Assembly: GCA_026005055.1 (NCBI GenBank)
Contig: BPKI01000001.1
Location: 918,392-982,391, forward strand
Direction: 5' to 3'
Length of the DNA stretch: 64,000 nucleotides
Origin: Lysobacterales bacterium
GTDB lineage: Bacteria > Pseudomonadota > Gammaproteobacteria > Xanthomonadales > BPKI01
The translations under genes and the position numbers were made by a program. Every line of letters starts with the position of its first letter. Within the stretch, counting starts at the first letter, position 1. Shown here one piece after another: positions 18,286 through 29,097 of this stretch. The notes beneath the pieces are model-generated. The model ran no database searches and had not been told where the DNA came from. It saw nothing but the letters and a program-made list of their open reading frames with translations.

Positions 18286-19131
18286 ATGAGCGAGCTTCCG
18301 ACGCTACCTTTCACCGGTGAGCGCTTCACGCCGGAGTGCGTGCGCGAGATTTGGTACGAGCACTGGCACCGCTACGCCTTTGCCAGTGTGTTCGCGCGCG
18401 GCAAGCGGGTGCTCGATGCCGCCTGCGGCGAGGGCTACGGCGCGGCGCTGCTCGCGCGTCAGGCCGCCAGTGTGGTGGGGGTGGATCTCTGCGCGGACAC
18501 CATCGCCCATGCCCGGCGGCGTTATCAGGGCTTCCCGAACCTCTGCTTTCTGCGCGCGGATGTCACCGATCTGCCCGAGGGCCTCGGCCGATTCGACCTC
18601 ATCGTGTCCTTCGAGACGCTCGAGCACGTGGCCGAGCAGGAGCGGATGCTCGCCGGCCTCGCGCGGCTGCTCGCCGAGGATGGCTTAGTGCTGATCTCCT
18701 CGCCGGAGCGGCGGGTCTATAGCGAGAAAAGCGGCTATCGCAATCCCTTCCACCATCGCGAGCTCACCCGCGAGGAGCTCGAGGCGCTGCTTCGCCGGTA
18801 TTTCCCCGCCTTCCGGCTTTATGGGCAGAAACTGTTGTTCCAATCGGCGCTGTGGCGGCTCGATGGGCAGGAGCGCGAGTACCTGATGCAGACCATGGAG
18901 GAGAATGGGGAGCTCGTGCCGGAGCCGCGCTACGAGGCGGTTTATTACCTGGCCGTCTGCGCCCGCCATCCCGCGGCCTTGCCGCAGCTTCCGGGACTCG
19001 CGCTGTTCGGCGATCGGGCCGAGTCGGTGTATCGGCACTACAACGAGGAGGTCGGCAAACACATTCGGGCGGGGCTTCGCATCCAGGAGCTCGAGCGCGA
19101 GCTTGCGGCGCTCAAAGGCGGTGGGCGATGA
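18286..19131 (+). CDS. Class I SAM-dependent methyltransferase (glycan-locus type)
   Basis: FTGERF, EHWHRY, VLDAACGEGYG, FDLIVSFETLEH, NPFH; short C-terminal coiled coil. Confidence 0.92.
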   Translation: MSELPTLPFTGERFTPECVREIWYEHWHRYAFASVFARGKRVLDAACGEGYGAALLARQAASVVGVDLCADTIAHARRRYQGFPNLCFLRADVTDLPEGLGRFDLIVSFETLEHVAEQERMLAGLARLLAEDGLVLISSPERRVYSEKSGYRNPFHHRELTREELEALLRRYFPAFRLYGQKLLFQSALWRLDGQEREYLMQTMEENGELVPEPRYEAVYYLAVCARHPAALPQLPGLALFGDRAESVYRHYNEEVGKHIRAGLRIQELERELAALKGGGR

Positions 19132-20786
19132 GGCCTGAGGAGCTCTACGCCTCGGTCGGGGGTACGGCGGCGATCCTGAGGATCGGGGAGATTGGCTTTC
19201 TTCCTGAGCTTCAGACGCGTTCGGTGGTGCTGAGCGAGGTGTTGGTGGCCATCCTTCACCACGCCCGCCCGTTCCGCAGCCTGAGCGAGCACCTCGCCGA
19301 GATTCCGCCACGAATCGGCCTTCTGCCGCCGCAGGATCCACGCTGGCGCGAGATGCTCGATGCGCTCATCGCGCAGGGTCTGCTGCGCAGCCTCGATCGC
19401 TGGATTGCGGATGCGGCCGCGATCCGAAGCGAGCAGGCGGTACCGCGGGCGATCCTGCTCTGTGGCCCGCCGTCGCGAGCGCGCGCCTGGTGCGAGGCGA
19501 TGGCGGTTTCCTTTCCGAGTTTGCCGATCGTGCTCGTGCACGACGAGGCGCCTGAGGGCGATTGGCCCGCTCAGCTTCGCTGGCTGAGCCCCGCCCAAAT
19601 CGCCGATTTGCTGCCGGCGGCCGCACGCGTGATCGAGCCGCTCAGCGAGCCTGTGCTTCGTGCCCTCCAGGGGGCTCTTCTGCTCGCCGCTGGCGAGGTG
19701 GTGCTTCTCGCCGAAACGCGATTGCAGCCGCCGCTGCGCGCCTTTCCCATCGCCGCGACGGGCGTGGGCCTCGCGCCGCTGCGCACTCCCGAGGAGTGGG
19801 TCGAGCTTCCTGCGGCGGAGGCGGTCCAAGCCGGCGAGTCCGCCTCCGCCGAGGCCCTGGCCGCGATGCTCGTGCCGCTCGGACGTTCGATCGGGGAATG
19901 GCTGAGCGCACTCGACCCGATCGACCTCGCGGCGAGCGCCCATCGCTTTGCACCCAGCCTGGTGACGCCCGGCTATTTTTTCCACCGCCTCGCGACGGTC
20001 ACCATCGGCCGCCGCGGCCGCATTCCTCCTGGGCTTTGGCAGTTCGAGCACGAGCCTGCTCCCGGGGCGATTCCCGATGCTGCCGCTTACGCCGAATGGT
20101 TGCGGGGTCCGAGCGGGGCAATCGGCGTGCAAAAGCCTCGGGTCAACCTCCCGCGCTTGGGGCGGTTGAACGCCCTCGATCTCAGGCACCTCTTCCCGGC
20201 CCCGCTGCTGGGCAGCGGGGCAGGCGCCGCCTCACTCTGGACGGAAACCGTCCATGTCCTCAACCCGGGTTTGCTCGGCTTGAGCTGGCCGCTGACCGCT
20301 CTCGGCGATCGCGCTTCCGAGGGCGGCTGGTTGCTGTCGGAACCGGTGGGCAGTGCTGAACAGCTCTTGGCCGACTGGGTCCGCCGCGCGGGCGACTCGG
20401 TGCGCGCTGCCCACCCGGCCGAGCGCTGCGCGAGCTTGCGTCGCTGGCTCGAGGACTACGCCTTATCCAGCGATGAACATCTCAAGCGGGACCTCGTCGA
20501 GTATCGGCTCATCGCCCTCTCCGAGCATCTGCGGACCATGAGCGAGCTGTTGCAAGGCCCGCTTCCGCCCGGCACGGCGCCGGAGTGGCGCGAGGGCCTG
20601 GCGATCGCTTTTCGAAGGATCGCGGCGGGCGTGACCGGCGGCGAGGATGCGCCCGTTCCCGATGCCTGGCGCAGCCCCGAGGCGGTGCGAGCCCTCGTCC
20701 GTGCCTATTCCCGGGCACTGGGGGATTTCTGCGAGGCCTACCTCGAAGCCTTGGACCGGCGGCCGCTCGAGCGAGTGCTCGCATAG
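19128..20786 (+). CDS. Hypothetical protein (552 aa) in glycan operon
   Basis: ATGA overlap with methyltransferase, 2-nt gap to next GT; long ORF with host-like codon use. Confidence 0.75.
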   Translation: MRPEELYASVGGTAAILRIGEIGFLPELQTRSVVLSEVLVAILHHARPFRSLSEHLAEIPPRIGLLPPQDPRWREMLDALIAQGLLRSLDRWIADAAAIRSEQAVPRAILLCGPPSRARAWCEAMAVSFPSLPIVLVHDEAPEGDWPAQLRWLSPAQIADLLPAAARVIEPLSEPVLRALQGALLLAAGEVVLLAETRLQPPLRAFPIAATGVGLAPLRTPEEWVELPAAEAVQAGESASAEALAAMLVPLGRSIGEWLSALDPIDLAASAHRFAPSLVTPGYFFHRLATVTIGRRGRIPPGLWQFEHEPAPGAIPDAAAYAEWLRGPSGAIGVQKPRVNLPRLGRLNALDLRHLFPAPLLGSGAGAASLWTETVHVLNPGLLGLSWPLTALGDRASEGGWLLSEPVGSAEQLLADWVRRAGDSVRAAHPAERCASLRRWLEDYALSSDEHLKRDLVEYRLIALSEHLRTMSELLQGPLPPGTAPEWREGLAIAFRRIAAGVTGGEDAPVPDAWRSPEAVRALVRAYSRALGDFCEAYLEALDRRPLERVLA

Positions 20787-20788
20787 GG

Positions 20789-21662
20789 ATGAGCGAGGCG
20801 CCTGAGCTCGCCGCAGTGGTGGTGGCTTGCGACAGCGGCCCGTGGCTGGCCGAGTGCGTTCGCCGACTGCGGGCCAGCCAGCCGCCGGTCGAACTGGTGG
20901 TGGTGGACAATGCCTCTCGGGACGGGAGCACCAAGACCCTCGCCGAGCAGGGGGTGCGCGTGCTCCGCAACCCGCGCAATCTCGGTTTCGCCGCCGCCTG
21001 CAATCAAGGCGCGAGGGCGAGCACCGCCCCCTACCTCGCCTTCGTCAATCCCGACGTCCTCCTCGAGCCGGAGACGCTCGCCCGGCTGCTCGCGAAGATT
21101 CGTCCGCGGCGCGAGATCGGACTGATCGGTGCGTGCCTCTACGATGCCGAAGGTCGGCGCGATCCGGCTTGCCGCAGGCGCGATCCCACGCCCTGGCGCT
21201 CCTTGATGAGCATCACCGGGCTTTCGCGCTTGTCGCGCCGTTGGCCGGCGCTTTCCGGCATCGAAGCCGATCCGGTGCCGATGCCCGAGCACATCGAGTA
21301 TCCCGATGCAGTCTCGGGGGCCCTGATCCTGATGCCGCGGGCAGCGTTCGAGAAAGTGGGCGGCTTCGACGAGGGCTATTTCCTGCACGGCGAGGACCTC
21401 GATCTCTGCCGGCGCGTGCGGCAAGCCGGCTTGCGGGTGGCCCTTGCCGCCGACGTCGAGGCCCTCCACCTGCGGGGAACCTCCAGCCGCAGACGGCCCG
21501 TGTTCGTCGCCTGGCACAAGCATCGCGGGATGGTGCGCTATTTCCGTCGGCACGAGCGTGCGCGCACGCCTTGGCCGTGGCGACACCTGGTGGTGCCTGC
21601 GATCTGGGCCTGGTTCGGCTTGCGCCTGCCCCTGCTCCTCGTGCGCGGGCTTGCGGAGCGAC

Positions 21663-21679
<17 letters not shown>
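20789..21679 (+). CDS. Glycosyltransferase family 2 (WbbL/rhamnosyltransferase-like)
   Basis: VVVDNASRDGS, NLGFAAACNQG, FVNPD, VSGALILM, GGFDEGYFLHGEDLDLC. Confidence 0.92.
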
Positions 21680-23318
<1,639 letters not shown>

Positions 23319-23490
23319 CGCGATGCGGGCTTTTCGCTGGAAACCCTCCATTGTCGCAGAAGCCGGCGCAAGGGTCGTGGTCCTGCGGGAACGGGCTCGT
23401 TTGCGAGCCGCACGAAGGGATCAGACGGCCGAGCGTCGTGACCCCGCGCGGGCGGGGTAGGTCGCATTCCCTTCATGCGTTTTGGGGAGA

Positions 23491-24384
23491 ATGAGCGATG
23501 AGCCGCCGGGGAGGTCGTGCGTGCAGACCAGCATCGAGCAGGCGATGGCCTTGGTCGTCGTAGGTAATAGGGTGCTTCGCGGCGAGCTCGATCCTGATCC
23601 GCGGCGTCTTTGCGCGTATTCCAACGGCCTGCTCGGCCGCGAGCACCGACCGACCTTCGTCGAGCCGGTCGCCAAAAGCGGGAGCTTTCGCCAGAGTCCT
23701 TACGCCACGAGCTCGGCCGGCTGGTTGCGGCGTCTGCGGGCGGAAGGGGTGAAGGCTTTGGCGCTCCGACACGGCGCGCGCAGGGCTTCTGCCCAGGCCG
23801 CAATGGAGCCGCCCGCGCAGGTGCGTTCAGCCTTCGCCGAAGGCGCCGAGGACTGGTGGATCGAAGCCTGGCGGGGCGACTCGCGCGATGCCTGGCTCCC
23901 ACGATGGAGACTCGGCCGAGCCAGGCGCGGGGAGGGCCGAGCGCAGCGCTGGCGCATCGTCTATACCCGAATCCCGCTCGCACCCGAAAAGCCGCCGCGT
24001 TCCGGCCCGGAGGAGATCGAGGCTCTCCGCGCTGCCTTGCTCGCGCATCTGCCCGAGATCGGCGAGTTCGCCTTTCGCCGTCGGTTGGAGTCCTTCGGGG
24101 AGTGTTTCGAGGCGGCCTGGGAACGACTGCAGCGCCCCATCCCGGACCCCTCGGCGTTTACCTCGCCGACCGAGATCGAATCGCTGCTGCCGGAGGATGC
24201 GGTGCGGCTGCTCAAAGCGGCCCGCATCGCCTGGGTCTTCGGCGGCATGCATTCGTGGAACGACCTCGGCTTCGCAGGCGAGGCCGGCGAACGCTACGAG
24301 GCTCTTTCCGCCAGGCTTCACGCCCTCCTCACCGCCGCCATCACCGCGGCGGTCAATGCCAGCCTCCGGCAGGCGCCGCTTTGA
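23491..24384 (+). CDS. Hypothetical protein with C-terminal VFGGMxSWND motif
   Basis: GGAG RBS before ATG 23491; AWVFGGMHSWNDLGF resembles DUF6966-type motif (from memory); start uncertain. Confidence 0.65.
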   Translation: MSDEPPGRSCVQTSIEQAMALVVVGNRVLRGELDPDPRRLCAYSNGLLGREHRPTFVEPVAKSGSFRQSPYATSSAGWLRRLRAEGVKALALRHGARRASAQAAMEPPAQVRSAFAEGAEDWWIEAWRGDSRDAWLPRWRLGRARRGEGRAQRWRIVYTRIPLAPEKPPRSGPEEIEALRAALLAHLPEIGEFAFRRRLESFGECFEAAWERLQRPIPDPSAFTSPTEIESLLPEDAVRLLKAARIAWVFGGMHSWNDLGFAGEAGERYEALSARLHALLTAAITAAVNASLRQAPL

Positions 24385-24409
24385 AGATCGCGCTTCGAGG
24401 AAACGAGCC

Positions 24410-25501
24410 ATGATGATTCGATCGAGTCTGTTCGCTGCGAGCCTCATCGTCGCGCCGTTCGCTTTCGCGCAGGAACAGCGCGTGTTCCGTGACTGGGTCG
24501 CCACTTGCGACAACACCCGGCACTGTTCGCTGATCGGCCTCAGCCTGGTCGACTCCGAACGATGGATCCATCTGCGCTTCGAACGGAGCGGCGAGCCGTC
24601 GGCGGGGATCGGGACGATGCACATCGAGTTCGGCGAGCCGCTGGTGGACGCAGGCGAGTGGTCGCTGTGGTCCGGCGAAAACCGCCTGTTCGTGGTCGCC
24701 GAGGGGGAGCGGCGCTGCGGCGAGCCCTATCCCGACGACCTGTGCGATGCGATCCTCATCGCCGACGAGGGCAGGAAGAAGCAGATCCTGCGGGAACTGC
24801 GCCGATCCGATGCGCTCACGCTGGTGGTGGACGATGAGGTGATGGCGGGGGTATCGCTCGATGGCGCGAGCGCCGCCCTGTTGTGGATGGACGACCGCCA
24901 GGGGCGAGTGGGCAGCGAGACCGCCTTGGTCCACCCGGGCGACAGGCCGACGAGCGCGCTGGCGCAGCCGCCGGCTCCCCCCGAGGTGCGAGTGCGGCCC
25001 GGGGTCTGGCTGGCCCTCGCCGAGGAGCGGGTTCGGACCATCGCCGAGGAGATCCTCCGCGGGATCGCGCCCGATCGCTGCGATCGCAGGCAGCCCCCCG
25101 ATCCGGAAGAGGTGGGCAGCTACGCCGTGCAGAGCGATGCGGTGTGGCAAGACGGCGAGGGACGAATGCTCACGAGCGTCTCTTGCTATGGCGGCGCCTA
25201 CAACTTCAGCAGCATTTGGTTCATCCGCTTCGGATCGGGCTCCTGGCAGGAGGTCGATTTCCCGCGGCCGGTCCGCGGCGCGACGGAAACCGGCGGCGAA
25301 CTCATCAACGCCGGCTTCGATCCGGCGAGCGGTCTGCTCGAGAGTTTCAACAAGGGACGCGGTTACGGGGATTGCGGGACGAACGCCGTCTGGGGCTGGG
25401 ACGGGGAGCGTTTCGTCCTGGTCGAGTGGCGTGCGATGGCGGAATGCCGCGGCGTCGGCCCGGAGCACTGGCCGGTGCTCTACCGCACCGCGCGCCCGTG
25501 A
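24410..25501 (+). CDS. DUF1176 family secreted protein
   Basis: Signal peptide; FRDWVATCDNTRHC, SLDGASAALLWMDDRQGRVG, GAYN, KGRGYGDCG, WDGERF. Confidence 0.85.
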   Translation: MMIRSSLFAASLIVAPFAFAQEQRVFRDWVATCDNTRHCSLIGLSLVDSERWIHLRFERSGEPSAGIGTMHIEFGEPLVDAGEWSLWSGENRLFVVAEGERRCGEPYPDDLCDAILIADEGRKKQILRELRRSDALTLVVDDEVMAGVSLDGASAALLWMDDRQGRVGSETALVHPGDRPTSALAQPPAPPEVRVRPGVWLALAEERVRTIAEEILRGIAPDRCDRRQPPDPEEVGSYAVQSDAVWQDGEGRMLTSVSCYGGAYNFSSIWFIRFGSGSWQEVDFPRPVRGATETGGELINAGFDPASGLLESFNKGRGYGDCGTNAVWGWDGERFVLVEWRAMAECRGVGPEHWPVLYRTARP

Positions 25502-25619
25502 GCGCCTCGCGGGCGGGGAGGGCGGCGAGAACGTCTCTTGCCCTTCCGGGGGCGGATCTACGCCGCCTTGGCTGCCCTCCGGCTAAGATGCGCGGCGGAA
25601 GCTTCGGGTGCTGCCCATC

Positions 25620-26873
25620 ATGCCTGCCTACGCTCGCATCGCCGATTTCGATCCGGAACTCGCCGCCGCGCTCGAGGGCGAGCTCAAGCGCCAAGAGGAA
25701 CACGTCGAGCTGATTGCCTCGGAGAACTACGCGAGCCCCAGGGTGCTCGAGGCGCAAGGCTCGGTGCTCACGAACAAATACGCCGAGGGCTATCCCGGCA
25801 AGCGTTACTACGGCGGCTGCGAGTACGTGGACATCGCCGAGCGACTGGCGATCGAGCGCGCCAAACAGCTCTTCGGCGCCGACTACGCCAACGTCCAGCC
25901 GCATTCGGGTTCGCAGGCCAATGCCGCGGTCTATCTCGCCTTGCTCGAGCCGGGCGATACCATCCTCGGCATGAGCCTCGCGCACGGCGGGCACCTCACC
26001 CATGGCGCCAAAGTGAACTTCTCCGGCCGCCTGTTCCGCGCGGTTCATTACGGGGTCAACGCCGAGGGCTACCTCGACTACGAGGAAATCGAACGATTGG
26101 CCCGCGAACACCGGCCGAAGATGATCATCGGCGGCTTCTCGGCCTATTCGCGGATCGTCGATTGGGAACGCATGGCCGCGATCGCGCGCGAGGTCGGCGC
26201 CTATTTCGTGGTGGACATGGCGCACGTGGCCGGTCTCGTGGCCGCCGGGCTTTATCCCAATCCGGTGCCGCACGCCGACGTGGTCACATCCACCACCCAC
26301 AAGACCCTGCGCGGGCCGCGCGGTGGCATCATCCTCGCCAAGGCCAATCCGGAGCTGGAGAAAAAACTCTCCTCGCTGGTCTTCCCGGGGATCCAGGGCG
26401 GTCCGCTGATGCACGTCATCGCCGCCAAGGCGGTGGCTTTCAAGGAGGCGCTCGAGCCCTCGTTCCGCGAGTATCAGCGGCAGGTGATCGCCAACGCCCG
26501 GGCGATGGCGGAAGTCTTCATCGAGCGCGGCTACAAGGTCGTCTCGGGCGGAACCGACAATCACCTGTTCCTCGTGGATCTCATCGGCAAGCCCTACACC
26601 GGCAAGGACGCCGAGGAAGCCCTCGGCCGCGCCCACATCACGGTCAACAAGAACACGGTGCCCGGCGATCCGCGCAGCCCCTTCCTCACCTCCGGGCTCA
26701 GGATCGGCACGCCGGCGATCACCACCCGCGGTTATCGCGAGCCCGAGGCCCAGGCGCTGGCCGGATGGATCTGCGATCTCCTCGACCGCTTCGGGGAACC
26801 GGCGGCGGAGGCCGAGGTGCGGGAGAAGGTCGTCGCGCAATGCCGGGCCTTCCCGGTCTATGGAACCCGCTGA
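25620..26873 (+). CDS. glyA: Serine hydroxymethyltransferase
   Basis: [38 protein letters not shown]. Confidence 0.98.
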   Translation: MPAYARIADFDPELAAALEGELKRQEEHVELIASENYASPRVLEAQGSVLTNKYAEGYPGKRYYGGCEYVDIAERLAIERAKQLFGADYANVQPHSGSQANAAVYLALLEPGDTILGMSLAHGGHLTHGAKVNFSGRLFRAVHYGVNAEGYLDYEEIERLAREHRPKMIIGGFSAYSRIVDWERMAAIAREVGAYFVVDMAHVAGLVAAGLYPNPVPHADVVTSTTHKTLRGPRGGIILAKANPELEKKLSSLVFPGIQGGPLMHVIAAKAVAFKEALEPSFREYQRQVIANARAMAEVFIERGYKVVSGGTDNHLFLVDLIGKPYTGKDAEEALGRAHITVNKNTVPGDPRSPFLTSGLRIGTPAITTRGYREPEAQALAGWICDLLDRFGEPAAEAEVREKVVAQCRAFPVYGTR

Positions 26874-26879
26874 GCGCCG

Positions 26880-27383
26880 ATGCGCTGTCCCTACTGCGGC
26901 CACGAGGACACCCGGGTGATCGATACCCGCCTGGCCGACGAGGGCCTGGTCGTGCGGCGTCGCCGCGAATGCCCGGCCTGTCACGCCCGATTCAATACCT
27001 TCGAGAGCGCCGATCTCAAGCTTCCGCACGTGATCAAGCGGGACGGACGGAGGGAGCCCTTCGACGAGAACAAGCTGCGCGGCGGCATCGAGCGGGCCCT
27101 CGAGAAGCGGCCCTTCGGGGCGCGCGACATCGACCGCATCGTCGAGCAGGTCCGCCATCAGGTGCGGGCTTCGGGCGAGCGCGAGGTACCTGCCCGGCGA
27201 ATCGGCGAGTGGGTGATGCAGGCGCTCAAGCGGGTGGACCAGGTGGCCTACGTGCGTTTCGCCTCGGTTTACCGACGCTTCGCCGACGTGCGCGATTTTC
27301 GGGAGGAGGTCGAGCGGCTCGAAAACGACCTGCCCGATCTGGGCGACCGCCAACTCTCCTTGCTCGACGACCACGAGCCATGA
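26880..27383 (+). CDS. nrdR: Transcriptional repressor NrdR
   Basis: MRCPYC, RRRRECxxC, ATP cone, VAYVRFASVY. Confidence 0.97.
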   Translation: MRCPYCGHEDTRVIDTRLADEGLVVRRRRECPACHARFNTFESADLKLPHVIKRDGRREPFDENKLRGGIERALEKRPFGARDIDRIVEQVRHQVRASGEREVPARRIGEWVMQALKRVDQVAYVRFASVYRRFADVRDFREEVERLENDLPDLGDRQLSLLDDHEP

Positions 27384-28480
27384 GCGAGCTCCGCTGGATG
27401 CGGCGAGCGCTCGAGCTCGCCGCGCGCGGCGAATACACCGCGAGGCCGAACCCCTGCGTGGGCTGCGTCCTCGTTCGTGACGGCGAGGTGGTGGGCGAGG
27501 GCTACCACGCCCGCGCCGGTGGCCCGCACGCCGAGGTGGAGGCGTTGCGCATGGCCGGGGACCGGGCGCGCGGGGCCACGGCCTACCTCAACCTCGAACC
27601 CTGTGCCCATCACGGCCGCACGCCGCCTTGCGCCGACGCCCTCATCGCAGCCGGCGTGCGCAAGGTGGTGGCGGCGCTTCGCGATCCGTTCCCGCAGGTT
27701 TCCGGTCGGGGCTTCGAGAAGCTGCGCGCAGCCGGGATCGAAGTCGAGGAAGGCTTGCTCGCCGCCGAGGCGCGCGCGCTCAATCGCGGTTTCCTCTCTC
27801 TGCACGAGCGGGGGCGTCCTTGGGTTCGCTTGAAGGTCGCCGCTACGCTGGATGGGCGCACGGCCATGCAGGATGGGCGCAGTCAGTGGATCACCGGCGA
27901 GGCGGCACGCGCCGACAACATGCGCTTCCGCGCCCGCAGCGGCGCCATCCTCACTGGCCGAGGAACGGTGCTCAAGGACGATCCCCGGCTGACGGTGCGC
28001 CTGGATCCGCCGGAGCCCTTCCTGCCGCCGGTTCGCGTGGTGCTCGACAGCGGGCTGCGCGTGCCGATCTCGGCGCGGGTGCTCGATGAGGAGGCACCGA
28101 CCCTGCTGGTGGCCGACGAAGCGGTGGTGCGCGATCGACGGGTCGAACACGATCCGAACATCCTCGCCGTGCCGCGAGGGGAGAAGGGGCTCGACCTCGC
28201 CGCAGTTCTCGCAGGGTTGGCCGCGCGGCGCATCCATGAGGTCCAGGTCGAGGCCGGCCCACGCCTGACCGGAGCCTTCCTGGCTGCCGGCCTCGCCGAC
28301 GAGTTGCTGCTCTACCTCAACCCTTCGCTGCTCGGCGATGCCGCTCTGCCGCTGGCTCGTCTCGCGGAGCCAAAGCGCCTCGAGGATCGACTGCGTTTCG
28401 CCATCGCCGACTTCAGACGGGTGGGCGAGGATTTGCGACTTCTTCTCTTACGGACCGAGGGATGTTCACTGGCATCGTGA
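27380..28480 (+). CDS. ribD: Riboflavin biosynthesis deaminase/reductase RibD
   Basis: PNPCVGCV, HAE, LEPCAHHGRTPPC, SQWITG, VEAG. Confidence 0.97.
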   Translation: MSELRWMRRALELAARGEYTARPNPCVGCVLVRDGEVVGEGYHARAGGPHAEVEALRMAGDRARGATAYLNLEPCAHHGRTPPCADALIAAGVRKVVAALRDPFPQVSGRGFEKLRAAGIEVEEGLLAAEARALNRGFLSLHERGRPWVRLKVAATLDGRTAMQDGRSQWITGEAARADNMRFRARSGAILTGRGTVLKDDPRLTVRLDPPEPFLPPVRVVLDSGLRVPISARVLDEEAPTLLVADEAVVRDRRVEHDPNILAVPRGEKGLDLAAVLAGLAARRIHEVQVEAGPRLTGAFLAAGLADELLLYLNPSLLGDAALPLARLAEPKRLEDRLRFAIADFRRVGEDLRLLLLRTEGCSLAS

Positions 28481-29097
28481 CCGCGATCGGCCGATTGGCC
28501 GGAATCGAAATGCTCGCCGGCGGGGAGCGGAGAGTGACCGTGAGCTTTCCCGAGGATTGGGGCGAAGGGCTGCGCGAGGGCGACAGCGTGGCCGTCGCCG
28601 GCGTCTGCCTCACGCTCGTCTCCTGCGCGGAGTCGCATTTCAGCGCCGACGTCTCTCGGGAGACGCTGGCTCGCACCACTCTGGGAATCCTCCGTACCGG
28701 GGATGCGGTGAACCTCGAGCGCGCCTTGGCGCTGGGCGCGCCGCTCGGCGGTCACTTGCTCACGGGCCACGTGGACGCGATCGGCAGGGTTTTGGCGGTC
28801 GAAGCCGAGGCCGCCTCGCAGCGCTGGCGCTTTTCGCTGCCGCCGGAGATCGCCCCGCTGGTCGCGGTCAAGGGTTCGATCGCGGTCGATGGCGTCAGCC
28901 TGACCGTGAACGCCGTGGACGCGGAGAGCTTCGATGTCCGGCTGATCCCGCACACGCTCGGGGCCACCACGTTCCGCTTCCGCCGGCCTGGCGATGCCGT
29001 GAACCTGGAGGCCGACTTGATCGCCCGCTACGTGGCGCGTTTCCTCGGTGCGGCGGGCGCTAAGATGCCCCCCGTCGAATGTGGAACGAACCGATGA
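28462..29097 (+). CDS. ribE: Riboflavin synthase (alpha chain)
   Basis: MFTGIV, GDSVAVAGVCLT, VNLERAL, KGSIAVDGVSLTVN. Confidence 0.97.
   Translation: MFTGIVTAIGRLAGIEMLAGGERRVTVSFPEDWGEGLREGDSVAVAGVCLTLVSCAESHFSADVSRETLARTTLGILRTGDAVNLERALALGAPLGGHLLTGHVDAIGRVLAVEAEAASQRWRFSLPPEIAPLVAVKGSIAVDGVSLTVNAVDAESFDVRLIPHTLGATTFRFRRPGDAVNLEADLIARYVARFLGAAGAKMPPVECGTNR

Noticed and set aside
17799-18289. Small ORFs in the GT2-methyltransferase gap
   Set aside because: Low-complexity Arg/Ala/Pro translations typical of non-coding GC-rich DNA
25502-25619. Possible ZTP or glycine riboswitch upstream of glyA; FMN riboswitch for rib genes
   Set aside because: Hairpins present but no ZTP (GACTGGCG...CGCCTGGG), glycine or FMN consensus; no leader space before rib genes
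25538-28480. 980-aa ORF suggesting a large RibD fusion; similar N-terminal extensions on wzt, lpoA, pepQ, mraZ, murF
   Set aside because: Extensions overlap other real genes in different frames; true starts are at stop/start overlaps or RBS sites
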